IMG/VR virus record: IMGVR_UViG_3300023237_000001
Reading direction: 5' to 3' (one strand)
Origin: an uncultured virus (IMG/VR IMGVR_UViG_3300023237_000001)
Lineage: Duplodnaviria; Heunggongvirae; Uroviricota; Caudoviricetes
Length of the DNA stretch: 64,000 nt
Shown here: one piece after another, positions 8,488-16,698 of the stretch
How the letters are laid out: each line of letters starts with the position of its first letter
Position numbering within the stretch: position 1 is the first letter of the stretch
Notes under the pieces: model-generated
The model's input: the letters and a program-made list of their open reading frames with translations, nothing else
The model's database searches: none
What the model was told of the DNA's origin: nothing
Position numbers and translations under genes: made by a program

Positions 8488-8803
8488 TGTTAACCTGATA
8501 TTTACTTTCGGTTCTATGGTTTTTAACCCACCTTCTTTCATATTGCTTAGGGGTTAAAGGCCATTTCTTATTTTTTATACTGCCTTGATAATCTTCCCAT
8601 AATTCCTGGGATTCGTTCATATTAAATACTATGTTATGAAACTTTAACCAGGTAAAAAAATCATGTATTTGATCCTTATTCCTACTAGTTGGATTTAACT
8701 GAAGAAATAAATAAACCATATCGTCAATCCATCTTTTTTCAATGGTTTGCATTGCTAACATAGTGGATTTAGTATCGGTTATTGTAAATTTATATTTAGC
8801 CAT
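8474..8803 (-). CDS. Hypothetical protein
   Basis: 109 aa; 3' end runs into the repeat. Confidence 0.7.
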   Translation of the reverse strand: MAKYKFTITDTKSTMLAMQTIEKRWIDDMVYLFLQLNPTSRNKDQIHDFFTWLKFHNIVFNMNESQELWEDYQGSIKNKKWPLTPKQYERRWVKNHRTESKYQVNIMFI

Positions 8804-8807
8804 AGTA

Positions 8808-9074
8808 TTATATTTTACCTCGTTTAGTTCCCTTGTTTTTCCAATGTCCCGATGGTGGTACCCAAGGTTCTATTTTGTGAAAAGGTTCCCCAAGTTGGGT
8901 ATGTAATTTTTCTAATGAATTTTCTAATCCCCTTGATGCCATTTCATTTCTTATGCTATCTAGTAATGCTTTTTCCTCTGCTCTTAATTCTGCAGTATGA
9001 AATCTTCCTTCGTTTCTACGTTCCTTTAATAGGCAACGTATTAAGAATAATTGGAAATTACTTAACTCTTTCAT
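8808..9074 (-). CDS. Hypothetical protein (LSxFQL family, basic)
   Basis: 88 aa. Confidence 0.7.
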   Translation of the reverse strand: MKELSNFQLFLIRCLLKERRNEGRFHTAELRAEEKALLDSIRNEMASRGLENSLEKLHTQLGEPFHKIEPWVPPSGHWKNKGTKRGKI

Positions 9075-9079
9075 TGCTT

Positions 9080-9463
9080 TTATTTTATGGTTTTTGCTAT
9101 TGGCATACCTGCCACTATATAACCATGGGCTTTTACTGCATCTGAAAATTTATTAAACCCTTTGTATAAAGGACTACGGGCTAATTCTTTATCATGCCCC
9201 CTGGTTAGCATTAGTACAGCTTGTATCGACCCAGGTTGTAATTCTCCTAAAGGATTAACTTCATCACATTTGATTGATGTAATCTGAATGTTTGTTGATG
9301 ATTTACATTTACCCTTTGCAGATACAATCCCCATGGTGGTGGTTTTGATTGAGCTGTAATAGGTAGATGATGTCATAAGGAGGGTATGATTTGGATGAAA
9401 GAATTTCCAAATAAACTTAGTCCCCTCCATTATGATTTTAAAATATGGTGTGTCTAAATCCAT
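9080..9463 (-). CDS. YegP/DUF1508-like protein
   Basis: Two repeats of the F.W.F...N..L..S..Y.S....GI..K pattern (second: LMLTRGHDKELARSPLY). Confidence 0.55.
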   Translation of the reverse strand: MDLDTPYFKIIMEGTKFIWKFFHPNHTLLMTSSTYYSSIKTTTMGIVSAKGKCKSSTNIQITSIKCDEVNPLGELQPGSIQAVLMLTRGHDKELARSPLYKGFNKFSDAVKAHGYIVAGMPIAKTIK

Positions 9464-9648
9464 CCTTGTTCTTCTTGTTCCGTGGTTATTAATGCACTAA
9501 GGTTGGTAAGGCATTCCATTAATGCTTCCTGGTTTTCGGATAATTCCTTATCGTCCATTGATTCCCCTTCTAAGAATTCATTTAGTTCTAGGGCTTGGCT
9601 ATCTACCTTGTTTAGTTGGGATCTTTCCCATTCTCCTGTTAATTTCAT
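9454..9648 (-). CDS. Small acidic hypothetical protein
   Basis: 64 aa, overlapping neighbour. Confidence 0.7.
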   Translation of the reverse strand: MKLTGEWERSQLNKVDSQALELNEFLEGESMDDKELSENQEALMECLTNLSALITTEQEEQGWI

Positions 9649-9649
9649 T

Positions 9650-9991
9650 TTAAAGTGAAGTTATTAATTCATGTATAGTTAGAAATGATTTTTCTAATAC
9701 CTCTATGAAGGTATCTTGTAAATTACCATCTTTTCCTCCATTTCTATCCTCAATTAAAAAATCTATGTTTTCCATATCTTTAACTGATTTACATAACAGA
9801 TATTTTCGGTTATGTAGGACGTCATCTATTTTTTCAATTTCTGTTTCATCATCTAAAATATCATCATCATCAAATTCTAATCTTACAAGGTCTGTAAATA
9901 TTTCAGCCTTATTAGTTTCAACTGTTATGTGGTTATGTATTTCACCACCTTCGGTATTAAATACTAAGATGTGTAGGGTTTGATTTTCCAT
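9650..9991 (-). CDS. Acidic hypothetical protein
   Basis: 113 aa, D/E-rich. Confidence 0.75.
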   Translation of the reverse strand: MENQTLHILVFNTEGGEIHNHITVETNKAEIFTDLVRLEFDDDDILDDETEIEKIDDVLHNRKYLLCKSVKDMENIDFLIEDRNGGKDGNLQDTFIEVLEKSFLTIHELITSL

Positions 9992-10194
9992 TAGTTTTGT
10001 ATATGAGATAAAGGGTTAATTTCTAGTATAGTGCTGTTATGATTATAATGGCACTGTGTTGTGTTTCCCATTTCGAAGGCATAAAGAAAGGCTATTAGAA
10101 TGGCTTCTTGTAAATCGATAACCTTTACAGTTGTCATTTCAAAGGTATAGGTGTCGATTAAGGTGGCCTCGTTTTTAGCTTGTATATTATGCAT
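9991..10194 (-). CDS. Hypothetical protein
   Basis: 67 aa behind a promoter repeat. Confidence 0.7.
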   Translation of the reverse strand: MHNIQAKNEATLIDTYTFEMTTVKVIDLQEAILIAFLYAFEMGNTTQCHYNHNSTILEINPLSHIQN

Positions 10195-10243
10195 GATTTT
10201 AATTATTTAATTATACTCTAATATAATAATTAATAGAACATGA
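10195..10243 (-). promoter_or_regulatory. Cassette promoter/leader repeat, copy 6 (variant)
   Basis: TCATGTTCTATTAATTATTATATTAGAGTATAATTAAATAATTAAAATC-ATG; -7 element has one mismatch. Confidence 0.75.
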
Positions 10244-10253
10244 ATTTTAACCT

Positions 10254-10676
10254 CTATTCGGTGGGTAAATGTTTCATTAGCAATTCAAGGTGTTTAGAAT
10301 TTAAAGCATTAACATCTGCCATAAAGGTTTGATGCATGAATAGCATTATCCTAGTCCCCTGTAGTCTGATAGATATATCCAAGTAATAAAACTGCTTAAG
10401 TGATTTGGTTACATGCTCTAGACATTCATCTTTGTATTCAGGTTGATATTCCAATGTTATTTTTAATGTTTTAGTACATTGTAATAAATCCCGGTGTGAA
10501 GATTCATGAAATTCGCTTGGGTACATAAAGTCTTTTAATTCTTTTAGTTCGTCCAGTATTACATGTACTACCAAATCCGTTAAAGTTCTGAATATGGATT
10601 CATCATCCAGTTTTTCAGCTTGATTAGAGGTTAATATCATTTTGAATAGGGGGTTTATAATGATGCCAGAACCCAT
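10254..10676 (-). CDS. Hypothetical protein
   Basis: 140 aa; true start may be the internal MILTSNQ. Confidence 0.7.
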   Translation of the reverse strand: MGSGIIINPLFKMILTSNQAEKLDDESIFRTLTDLVVHVILDELKELKDFMYPSEFHESSHRDLLQCTKTLKITLEYQPEYKDECLEHVTKSLKQFYYLDISIRLQGTRIMLFMHQTFMADVNALNSKHLELLMKHLPTE

Positions 10677-10720
10677 AACTGGCTATAATTATAATTAAAA
10701 TCAAAACTGGGTTTTTAAAG

Positions 10721-10763
10721 AGGTATATAGGGGATTCGAACCCCCATACTTCCAAATATACCT
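10721..10763 (-). ncRNA. tRNA-like minihelix (acceptor stem + T-arm, no anticodon arm)
   Basis: Minus strand: AGGTATAT TTGGAAGTAT GGGGG TTCGAAT CCCCT ATATACCT; canonical T-loop, 5-bp T-stem, 8-bp closing stem. Confidence 0.6.
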
Positions 10764-10773
10764 GGGCATATTG

Positions 10774-11109
10774 TTATAGTAGCACTATTGCCTGATAATC
10801 TGCCAATTCCTTATTAGCAGCTTTTAATTCCTTCCCTTCTTTACCGATGGTAGCCATGGTTAAGGATTTTAATTTATTCCTAGTTACTTGCCTCCATGAT
10901 TTTTTCTTAAGGGTATCATTAATATCCTCAGGATATCTGTATTTGATAACCCTATTAACGATAGTTTCAGTTAATGCCCCTTTAGCTGTGGTATCTTTAA
11001 CTGATTTAGATGCTGCTGCCTTTTTAGCAGTAGGTTTAGATACTGCCTTTTTAGCAGTAGGTTTAGATACTGCCTTTTTAGCAGTAGGTTTTTTTGTTGA
11101 AATAGCCAT
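10774..11109 (-). CDS. Histone H1-like basic protein with KYxYPE motif
   Basis: KPTAKKAVS repeats; C-terminal IKYRYPEDINDTLKKKSWRQVTRN. Confidence 0.75.
   Translation of the reverse strand: MAISTKKPTAKKAVSKPTAKKAVSKPTAKKAAASKSVKDTTAKGALTETIVNRVIKYRYPEDINDTLKKKSWRQVTRNKLKSLTMATIGKEGKELKAANKELADYQAIVLL
11016..11091. repeat. 27-nt tandem repeat, about 2.8 copies
   Basis: CTGCCTTTTTAGCAGTAGGTTTAGATA at 11016 and 11043, partial at 11070. Confidence 0.9.
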
Positions 11110-11145
11110 GATAATGGTTTTTTTAAATTATGGTTTATTACTTAT

Positions 11146-11181
11146 TAAATTATATTCAAATATAAAAATTAATATAACCTG
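11146..11181 (-). promoter_or_regulatory. Cassette promoter repeat, copy 7 (divergent leader)
   Basis: CAGGTTATATTAATTTTTATATTTGAATATAATT. Confidence 0.75.
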
Positions 11182-11198
11182 TTAGGGGAACTTAATGT

Positions 11199-11738
11199 TT
11201 ATTCCTCATCTTCAGGGTATAACTTATCTAAATGCTCGGCCAATGGGTGGAATTTATTAAATGACCCAACCTCAATCTTATTATCTTCCATATATTTCAG
11301 TAATATGGATTCATACCTTTCATAGGCTTTGTTAAAATAATATAGATGTGTGAGGCTTTCAAATTCATCATCATCAGCCTCTACCTGGAGGGCTAAAAAT
11401 ATCCGGTAGCTTTGAATTATGTGTTCCGTATATATTTCAGGTGGCTTTGATATTTCTATGGCACCCTGTAGATTTATGGCAAAACCAAAATCGTAAGAAT
11501 CAAAAACATCCAATATTGATAATTCAAATCCCACTGCATCCTCTTCGTCTTCATCCATATAAATCTCACCCAATGTTTGCACTGCATCCTTTTCCTCTTT
11601 TAGGAATTGAGATTTAAGTTGATTAATGGTTGTAGTTTCAAGTTCATCCTCATGGTCTACTTCCACTGTTATTAGTTCGCCATCTGATGGGTCATCTGAT
11701 GAGTGGACCCAGGTGTATGGTACTATGAATTTTTGCAT
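11199..11738 (-). CDS. Highly acidic protein (paralogue of 11802..12116)
   Basis: MQKFIVPYTWV..GEIY..FEL..AIEI. Confidence 0.8.
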   Translation of the reverse strand: MQKFIVPYTWVHSSDDPSDGELITVEVDHEDELETTTINQLKSQFLKEEKDAVQTLGEIYMDEDEEDAVGFELSILDVFDSYDFGFAINLQGAIEISKPPEIYTEHIIQSYRIFLALQVEADDDEFESLTHLYYFNKAYERYESILLKYMEDNKIEVGSFNKFHPLAEHLDKLYPEDEE

Positions 11739-11786
11739 GATTTTAATTATTAATTATACTCAAATATAAATATTAATATAACCTGA
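11739..11786 (-). promoter_or_regulatory. Cassette promoter/leader repeat, copy 8
   Basis: Near-identical to copy 2. Confidence 0.85.
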
Positions 11787-11801
11787 ATTTGTACTTTAGG
11801 T

Positions 11802-12116
11802 TTATACCTCTATAGCCGCATCCGCATTGATAACCATCCCACATCTATCAATCTCATCAATATCTAATTCAAAATATACCCTATCATCTTCATCCGGTAT
11901 ATTACCTTTGTCTTCTTCCTCCTCTCGGTTGATATTATAAACCTCACCATTATAAAGCATGGTTTCTTCATCGTCCTTGGTGAAATCCTTTTTGGCTTTC
12001 TTGATTGCAGCTTCTTCAAGGTTTTCCCCTTCTTGTAATTCTAAGGTCATTAGAGTTGGGTCGTTAGCTCCATCTTCATGGTTAACCCATACTGTAGGTA
12101 TTATGTATTTTTTCAT
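11802..12116 (-). CDS. Highly acidic protein (paralogue of 11199..11738)
   Basis: MKKYIIPTVWV..GEVY..FEL..AIEV. Confidence 0.8.
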   Translation of the reverse strand: MKKYIIPTVWVNHEDGANDPTLMTLELQEGENLEEAAIKKAKKDFTKDDEETMLYNGEVYNINREEEEDKGNIPDEDDRVYFELDIDEIDRCGMVINADAAIEV

Positions 12117-12118
12117 GG

Positions 12119-12430
12119 TTATAAAATATGGTAAATGTATAAGAATCCTTGGTCATCCTGCCTATCAGGGTGTTCGGTTTGGGGTATGATATTTACTAGG
12201 TAATCCTCGGCCTCATCCTGGCATTCTTTATATTGTTCTTCAGACCACCATAATTGATTATTGAGGGGATCTATATAAAGGTGATATTCTTTTTTGATAT
12301 GCTGTTTTAATTCCGTATCTATAATCCCTTTAGGGGTTTGTACCTTTGGATCAAAGGTTAATACAGTGTGATACATAGGCCCTTTAGTATCATCTTCCCA
12401 TTCTTGCCAAGCTATTATGATGGTTTTCAT
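12119..12430 (-). CDS. Acidic hypothetical protein
   Basis: 103 aa, MKTIIIAWQEW start. Confidence 0.75.
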   Translation of the reverse strand: MKTIIIAWQEWEDDTKGPMYHTVLTFDPKVQTPKGIIDTELKQHIKKEYHLYIDPLNNQLWWSEEQYKECQDEAEDYLVNIIPQTEHPDRQDDQGFLYIYHIL

Positions 12431-12448
12431 TTTGATTTGTTTTTAGTA

Positions 12449-12706
12449 TTAGTTCCAGTTGCCATCTTTAATAAAGTTTTTGGTTGGCCCTATATAGGTT
12501 TGTTTAAACCCTGATTTATGTTCAAAGTCTATAAAGGTTATATCCTTAACATCTTGGTTTATTACTATTTTGATGTTGGCTTCCTTTTCAATGGTATTAG
12601 GTTCCAAGTCTTCATACCCCCGGTCTCTAAGCATAGCGCTTATTGAGAAGGCAGGTAGTTGTATAACTTCCATGCCATATTCGGATTCCGTGTAAATGAT
12701 TTCCAT
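12449..12706 (-). CDS. Hypothetical protein
   Basis: 85 aa behind a promoter repeat. Confidence 0.75.
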   Translation of the reverse strand: MEIIYTESEYGMEVIQLPAFSISAMLRDRGYEDLEPNTIEKEANIKIVINQDVKDITFIDFEHKSGFKQTYIGPTKNFIKDGNWN

Positions 12707-12757
12707 GAGATTTTAATTATTTAATTATACTCAAATATAAATATTAATATAACCTGA
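12707..12757 (-). promoter_or_regulatory. Cassette promoter/leader repeat, copy 9
   Basis: Identical to copy 2. Confidence 0.85.
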
Positions 12758-12760
12758 TTT

Positions 12761-13546
12761 TTAAACCCCCTTCAATATCCTATTATCAAAGTTAAAAAGG
12801 AACCCCACTTGACCATTGTCAAAATCTGTGGTATATCGAGAGAATACCAAGGGTTTATATTCTTCTTCAAAATCTTGTTGGGAGAACCAACATCTCCCTT
12901 GTTTATCCCTGAAATGTGAATTATCTATGTCCCAGTGGCTCATAAATAATTCCTTTAAAGTTAACATCTCATGATCCAAAGGTAATTCCCACCATCCCCA
13001 TTCAGTGGAATTACCTTCTTCATCCATTAATAATACCCGTACTAGGTTTATTATTTCAGGAATAGTTTCTATGACTTTTAATTCTTTTAGGTCCATATTA
13101 AACACTGTCCCTGTTGTATTAGGGTGTGTATCCAAAACCTTATTAACGGTTATTAATTTTTCCGTGATCAATAAAATGGCTTTAGACATTGCCAAATCAT
13201 GGGTTTCAGCTTCTAATACCCCATAATCCAATGATGACCATAAAGTATTACCTACCGGTAATTCATATTTCCATGTTTTTATTTCCGTAGGTATTTGAGG
13301 TGGATCTACCGATGTAAGGTGTGGATGTTTATATAGATCCAGACTTTGATGATAACCGTTTTTAGATAACCAGGTTTTTAGTATTTGGGATGATCCTTGT
13401 AATATCAGGGTTGGCCATTCTGATCCCTCTGGTTGATGTATAAGTATTATGGTTATGTTATTGAACATGGGTTGTTCACCTAGCAATTGTAGATTCTCTC
13501 CCAAGGTATACTGAGAGGTTTGTACTGAGATTATGATATTATCCAT
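12761..13546 (-). CDS. Hypothetical protein
   Basis: 261 aa; preceded by a leader-only remnant of the repeat. Confidence 0.75.
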   Translation of the reverse strand: MDNIIISVQTSQYTLGENLQLLGEQPMFNNITIILIHQPEGSEWPTLILQGSSQILKTWLSKNGYHQSLDLYKHPHLTSVDPPQIPTEIKTWKYELPVGNTLWSSLDYGVLEAETHDLAMSKAILLITEKLITVNKVLDTHPNTTGTVFNMDLKELKVIETIPEIINLVRVLLMDEEGNSTEWGWWELPLDHEMLTLKELFMSHWDIDNSHFRDKQGRCWFSQQDFEEEYKPLVFSRYTTDFDNGQVGFLFNFDNRILKGV

Positions 13547-13551
13547 GGATT

Positions 13552-13698
13552 TTAATTATTTAGGGTAATGGTTTTTTTATTTAGAGAAACATTTAATTCC
13601 TTTGTAAAAGGTTTTCCATCAGGTGTTACCAAGGTAAAGTTGTCCCCGAATTTTTCATTTAGTTCAATTAGAACTGGTAAAATTTGGTTTAGTTGCAT
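13552..13698 (-). CDS. Small protein, 48 aa (not in ORF track)
   Basis: MQLNQILPVLIELNEKFGDNFTLVTPDGKPFTKELNVSLNKKTITLNN directly behind a promoter repeat. Confidence 0.65.
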   Translation of the reverse strand: MQLNQILPVLIELNEKFGDNFTLVTPDGKPFTKELNVSLNKKTITLNN

Positions 13699-13706
13699 TA
13701 TATTGG

Positions 13707-13755
13707 GATTTTAATTATTTAATTATACTCAAATATAAATATTAATATAACCTGA
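13707..13755 (-). promoter_or_regulatory. Cassette promoter/leader repeat, copy 10
   Basis: Near-identical to copy 2. Confidence 0.85.
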
Positions 13756-13776
13756 AGTTAAAACTTTATTACACAC

Positions 13777-13816
13777 AAAAAAACCCACCCTATATTTGTT
13801 GTATAGGTTGGGTTTT
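13777..13816 (-). terminator. Intrinsic terminator
   Basis: AAAACCCAcCCTATA/TATAGGtTGGGTTTT hairpin with T7 tail on minus. Confidence 0.7.
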
Positions 13817-13843
13817 AGTATGTTTTCCTATAATGTAGTAATA

Positions 13844-14524
13844 CTATTGATTACTAGTGTTAGATATATAATTATCTAATTCTTGTTTCTCTAGATAGGT
13901 CATATTACTTTCGGGGTAAGGAGAGCTATATGCTCTCGGTTTAGAATAGTCCCCCATCACTAACTTTGCCTTTTTATATTCCAATCGTGTGTTATTTTCC
14001 TTACCATTCCCTTGATAGGTTCTGAGTGCGGCTAAATGACTTTCAATAATGGTTTCCCGATTTAATTTCCTGACCTGTGTATTATAATGATTAGAGGCTT
14101 GGATATATTGATCATATTCGAGTAAGGGCATATATTCTACATCCTTATTACAGATATTTAAATAGGTAGATTGGTAGGGTTCTATAAGTTTATAACAGTC
14201 TCCCTTTTTAATCTGGTCCAGATATTTGGTTGGTTGTAAAAATTGGTCAAATAATATCGGTATCCTATTATCCCCTCCTGGAGAATTATAGCTGAGAAGA
14301 ACGTAGTCATTCTGAAGGTGGCTGTACCCTATATCCATAGTGGCCCCCAAGATAGGAGGTGCAGGAATCGTTTGAACCCTGGTAATATAGTCCTGGTACC
14401 CTATTTCGACCGAAGCTTGATCCAGGGTGTTTTCGATGGTTACATCGGTTTGATTGTCATACCCCGTGCATGACATAAGCATTGATCCGAGGATCAGCAT
14501 TGCGAAGATTATAGTAAATCTCAT
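13844..14524 (-). CDS. Putative lipoprotein
   Basis: MRFTIIFAMLILGSMLMS-C signal peptide II / lipobox. Confidence 0.6.
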   Translation of the reverse strand: MRFTIIFAMLILGSMLMSCTGYDNQTDVTIENTLDQASVEIGYQDYITRVQTIPAPPILGATMDIGYSHLQNDYVLLSYNSPGGDNRIPILFDQFLQPTKYLDQIKKGDCYKLIEPYQSTYLNICNKDVEYMPLLEYDQYIQASNHYNTQVRKLNRETIIESHLAALRTYQGNGKENNTRLEYKKAKLVMGDYSKPRAYSSPYPESNMTYLEKQELDNYISNTSNQ

Positions 14525-14601
14525 GTTTATGAATTTATGGTTTATATAGTATATAATAGTAGCTTGATCTTGAATCAGCTATTTTGAATGCTTTATTGTT
14601 T

Positions 14602-15378
14602 TTAACTTAATCTTAAGGATCCTTTACCACCTGATCCTACTCCCTTGTTAATACTCATCCCTTTACCATCGGCTTTACCCATTGAAGCCCCATTGACTCC
14701 TGATAACCTACTCCTTCTTCCATTACTTAGTTTACCCCCGTAATGATCCTCCATTTTGGCCCTTACTAGTTTTTCAGATACAATCATGAGTTCCCCTAAT
14801 TTTGGAGCTTCTTTTTTCATAACAGTCCCTTGATCTATTAATTGCTGTTCGATTCCCCTGGTTACTCCTGCATAATAACCCCTGAGGAATGCCCCTTTCT
14901 TTTCATTGATGGAATGTTCAATTTCTTTAAACCTATTTCTACCCATTAATGCTACCCTAGGTACTAATTGTGACCATAGGTAAATTACGGTTTCCCTATT
15001 AACTTCTTTCCCAAATATTTGCATACTAGGAGGTGTTTTAATTAATTTACCTTTGTCGTTATATTTTCGATGCCCCTCGGTTACTGCTAAGCAAAAATTA
15101 TTCCTAGCCAGCATGTGTAGCATCCCTTCTTTCCACCCCGCATCGGTTTTACTCCATTTCATTTTAGTAAATGTTTCAACCGTAATAATGGTGGAATCAA
15201 TCTGATCGGGTTCATTTTGGTGAAGTTCGCTTTCTTCAAGGTTATATTCCGTGAGTAAGGCTTGAATCTTTTTTGATGCAACCTCTGCCTCGTTGGGTGA
15301 GTCTATTTCCATAGCCCCATCCCTTAGTTTGATAAGTTTGTTTATCTTATCCTGTACTTTGTCTAATTTACTAGCCAT
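14602..15378 (-). CDS. DUF2786-family protein
   Basis: N-terminal KINKLIKL..SPNEAEVA.KKIQALL.EYNL; C-terminal F..GY..G and G.ADG. Confidence 0.7.
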   Translation of the reverse strand: MASKLDKVQDKINKLIKLRDGAMEIDSPNEAEVASKKIQALLTEYNLEESELHQNEPDQIDSTIITVETFTKMKWSKTDAGWKEGMLHMLARNNFCLAVTEGHRKYNDKGKLIKTPPSMQIFGKEVNRETVIYLWSQLVPRVALMGRNRFKEIEHSINEKKGAFLRGYYAGVTRGIEQQLIDQGTVMKKEAPKLGELMIVSEKLVRAKMEDHYGGKLSNGRRSRLSGVNGASMGKADGKGMSINKGVGSGGKGSLRLS

Positions 15379-15393
15379 TGTATAATTTTTTAG

Positions 15394-15442
15394 GATTTTA
15401 ATTATTTAATTATACTCAAATATAAAAATTAATATAACCTGA
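15394..15442 (-). promoter_or_regulatory. Cassette promoter/leader repeat, copy 11
   Basis: TCAGGTTATATTAATTTTTATATTTGAGTATAATTAAATAATTAAAATC. Confidence 0.85.
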
Positions 15443-15445
15443 ATT

Positions 15446-16120
15446 TTAATCCTTATAATTATCCGTGAATATGGCATTTAAATCTTCAACCGCTTCATCT
15501 AATAATTCGATTTTTTCGGTTGCCTGATTTTGTAATTGTAACATAACCTCATATTGATTGGTAATGTTGGATATTATTTCTATACAATTTTCCCTAAAAT
15601 CATTATCTAATTTATTCCATCCTGATTCCCAGATTTTTAATATGTCCTCTATATTATTAAAAATGGTATTTAATTGGGGATAAAATCTAGTTGCTATGTC
15701 CTCGCTATTACTTAAAACGTTTTTTAGATTTTCCACATCTGAGGGTTGGTTGGATGAATCTATTAATTGGATTAATTCCACTGAAAAGAAATCCTCGGCA
15801 TTAGGAATTTCTGGTTCCATATTGGTTCTTCTCCTCATTTCAAAATTCATATCCAGGGGAATACTTACAGGCCCGGGACCATCATTTATTTCAATATCAT
15901 ATTCCTCTTGTAAATTTGATACAAAATCTTTTAGGGTAAAAAGGGTTTGTTGTTGAAAATATTCTTTTATGGATTCTGTTAAAAAACATATACTGGAATC
16001 CATATGGGATATTAACCTAGGATTAATTGACCGCATAGGAGTTTTTTGCAGTATTAAAATCCAGTTTGCTACCATTTCTTGTTGAGTTATACAGATCAGC
16101 TGTTGGTCATTTATTTGCAT
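15446..16120 (-). CDS. Acidic helical hypothetical protein
   Basis: 224 aa bracketed by two repeats. Confidence 0.75.
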   Translation of the reverse strand: MQINDQQLICITQQEMVANWILILQKTPMRSINPRLISHMDSSICFLTESIKEYFQQQTLFTLKDFVSNLQEEYDIEINDGPGPVSIPLDMNFEMRRRTNMEPEIPNAEDFFSVELIQLIDSSNQPSDVENLKNVLSNSEDIATRFYPQLNTIFNNIEDILKIWESGWNKLDNDFRENCIEIISNITNQYEVMLQLQNQATEKIELLDEAVEDLNAIFTDNYKD

Positions 16121-16170
16121 GGTTTTTAATTATTTAATTATACTCAAATATAAATATTAATATAACCTGA
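16121..16170 (-). promoter_or_regulatory. Cassette promoter/leader repeat, copy 12
   Basis: Near-identical to copy 2. Confidence 0.85.
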
Positions 16171-16180
16171 ATTTAAAACA

Positions 16181-16210
16181 ATAATAGGATGACCATTGCC
16201 ATCCTATTAT
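16181..16210 (-). terminator. Intrinsic terminator
   Basis: ATAATAGGATG-8nt-CATCCTATTAT; just upstream of a repeat. Confidence 0.65.
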
Positions 16211-16239
16211 GTATTGAACATTAAATATCCCCTAAATAT

Positions 16240-16509
16240 TTAACATGGACTAGCATTTAGCATTGAATTACCTTTAATGTTTTTATGGAAGTATTTTCCA
16301 TGAGATTTGGATTTTAAAAATTCAATATAAGCGTCCCTTGTTACCGGATCATATTTCCATTTTTCTCCGGTATTAAATTGAATTACCAATGTATTTTTTA
16401 AATGGCCTATGGCTTGGATATGTGAAGAAGGTGATTCTACTAATAATAATTCATTTAATAGGTTAGGTTCGTTATTTGCCCCTAATGTTGATGTTTGTTC
16501 GTTGTCCAT
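16240..16509 (-). CDS. KTSC domain protein
   Basis: SSHIQAIGH..TLVIQFNTG..WKYDPV....IEFLKSKSHGKYFHKNIK. Confidence 0.85.
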   Translation of the reverse strand: MDNEQTSTLGANNEPNLLNELLLVESPSSHIQAIGHLKNTLVIQFNTGEKWKYDPVTRDAYIEFLKSKSHGKYFHKNIKGNSMLNASPC

Positions 16510-16538
16510 GATCTGTTTGGGTTTTATCTAGTTATATT

Positions 16539-16584
16539 GATTTTAATTATTAATTATACTCAAATATAATAATTAATAGAACAC
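16539..16584 (-). promoter_or_regulatory. Cassette promoter/leader repeat, copy 13 (variant)
   Basis: GTGTTCTATTAATTATTATATTTGAGTATAATTAATAATTAAAATC. Confidence 0.75.
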
Positions 16585-16596
16585 TAGTTAATCACT

Positions 16597-16629
16597 AAAA
16601 AATGCCCACCTAAACTGATAAGTGGGCAT
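16597..16629 (-). terminator. Intrinsic terminator
   Basis: ATGCCCAC/GTGGGCAT stem with T6 tail on minus. Confidence 0.7.
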
Positions 16630-16698
16630 CCAATTATTAACCAAATAATTATTAACGAAAACAATATGCATTTTCTATATTCATAACTATGATCTTGA

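Noticed and set aside
10721..10763. Canonical tRNA gene or attP site
   Set aside because: No anticodon arm or D-stem and no encoded CCA; no integrase seen in the window
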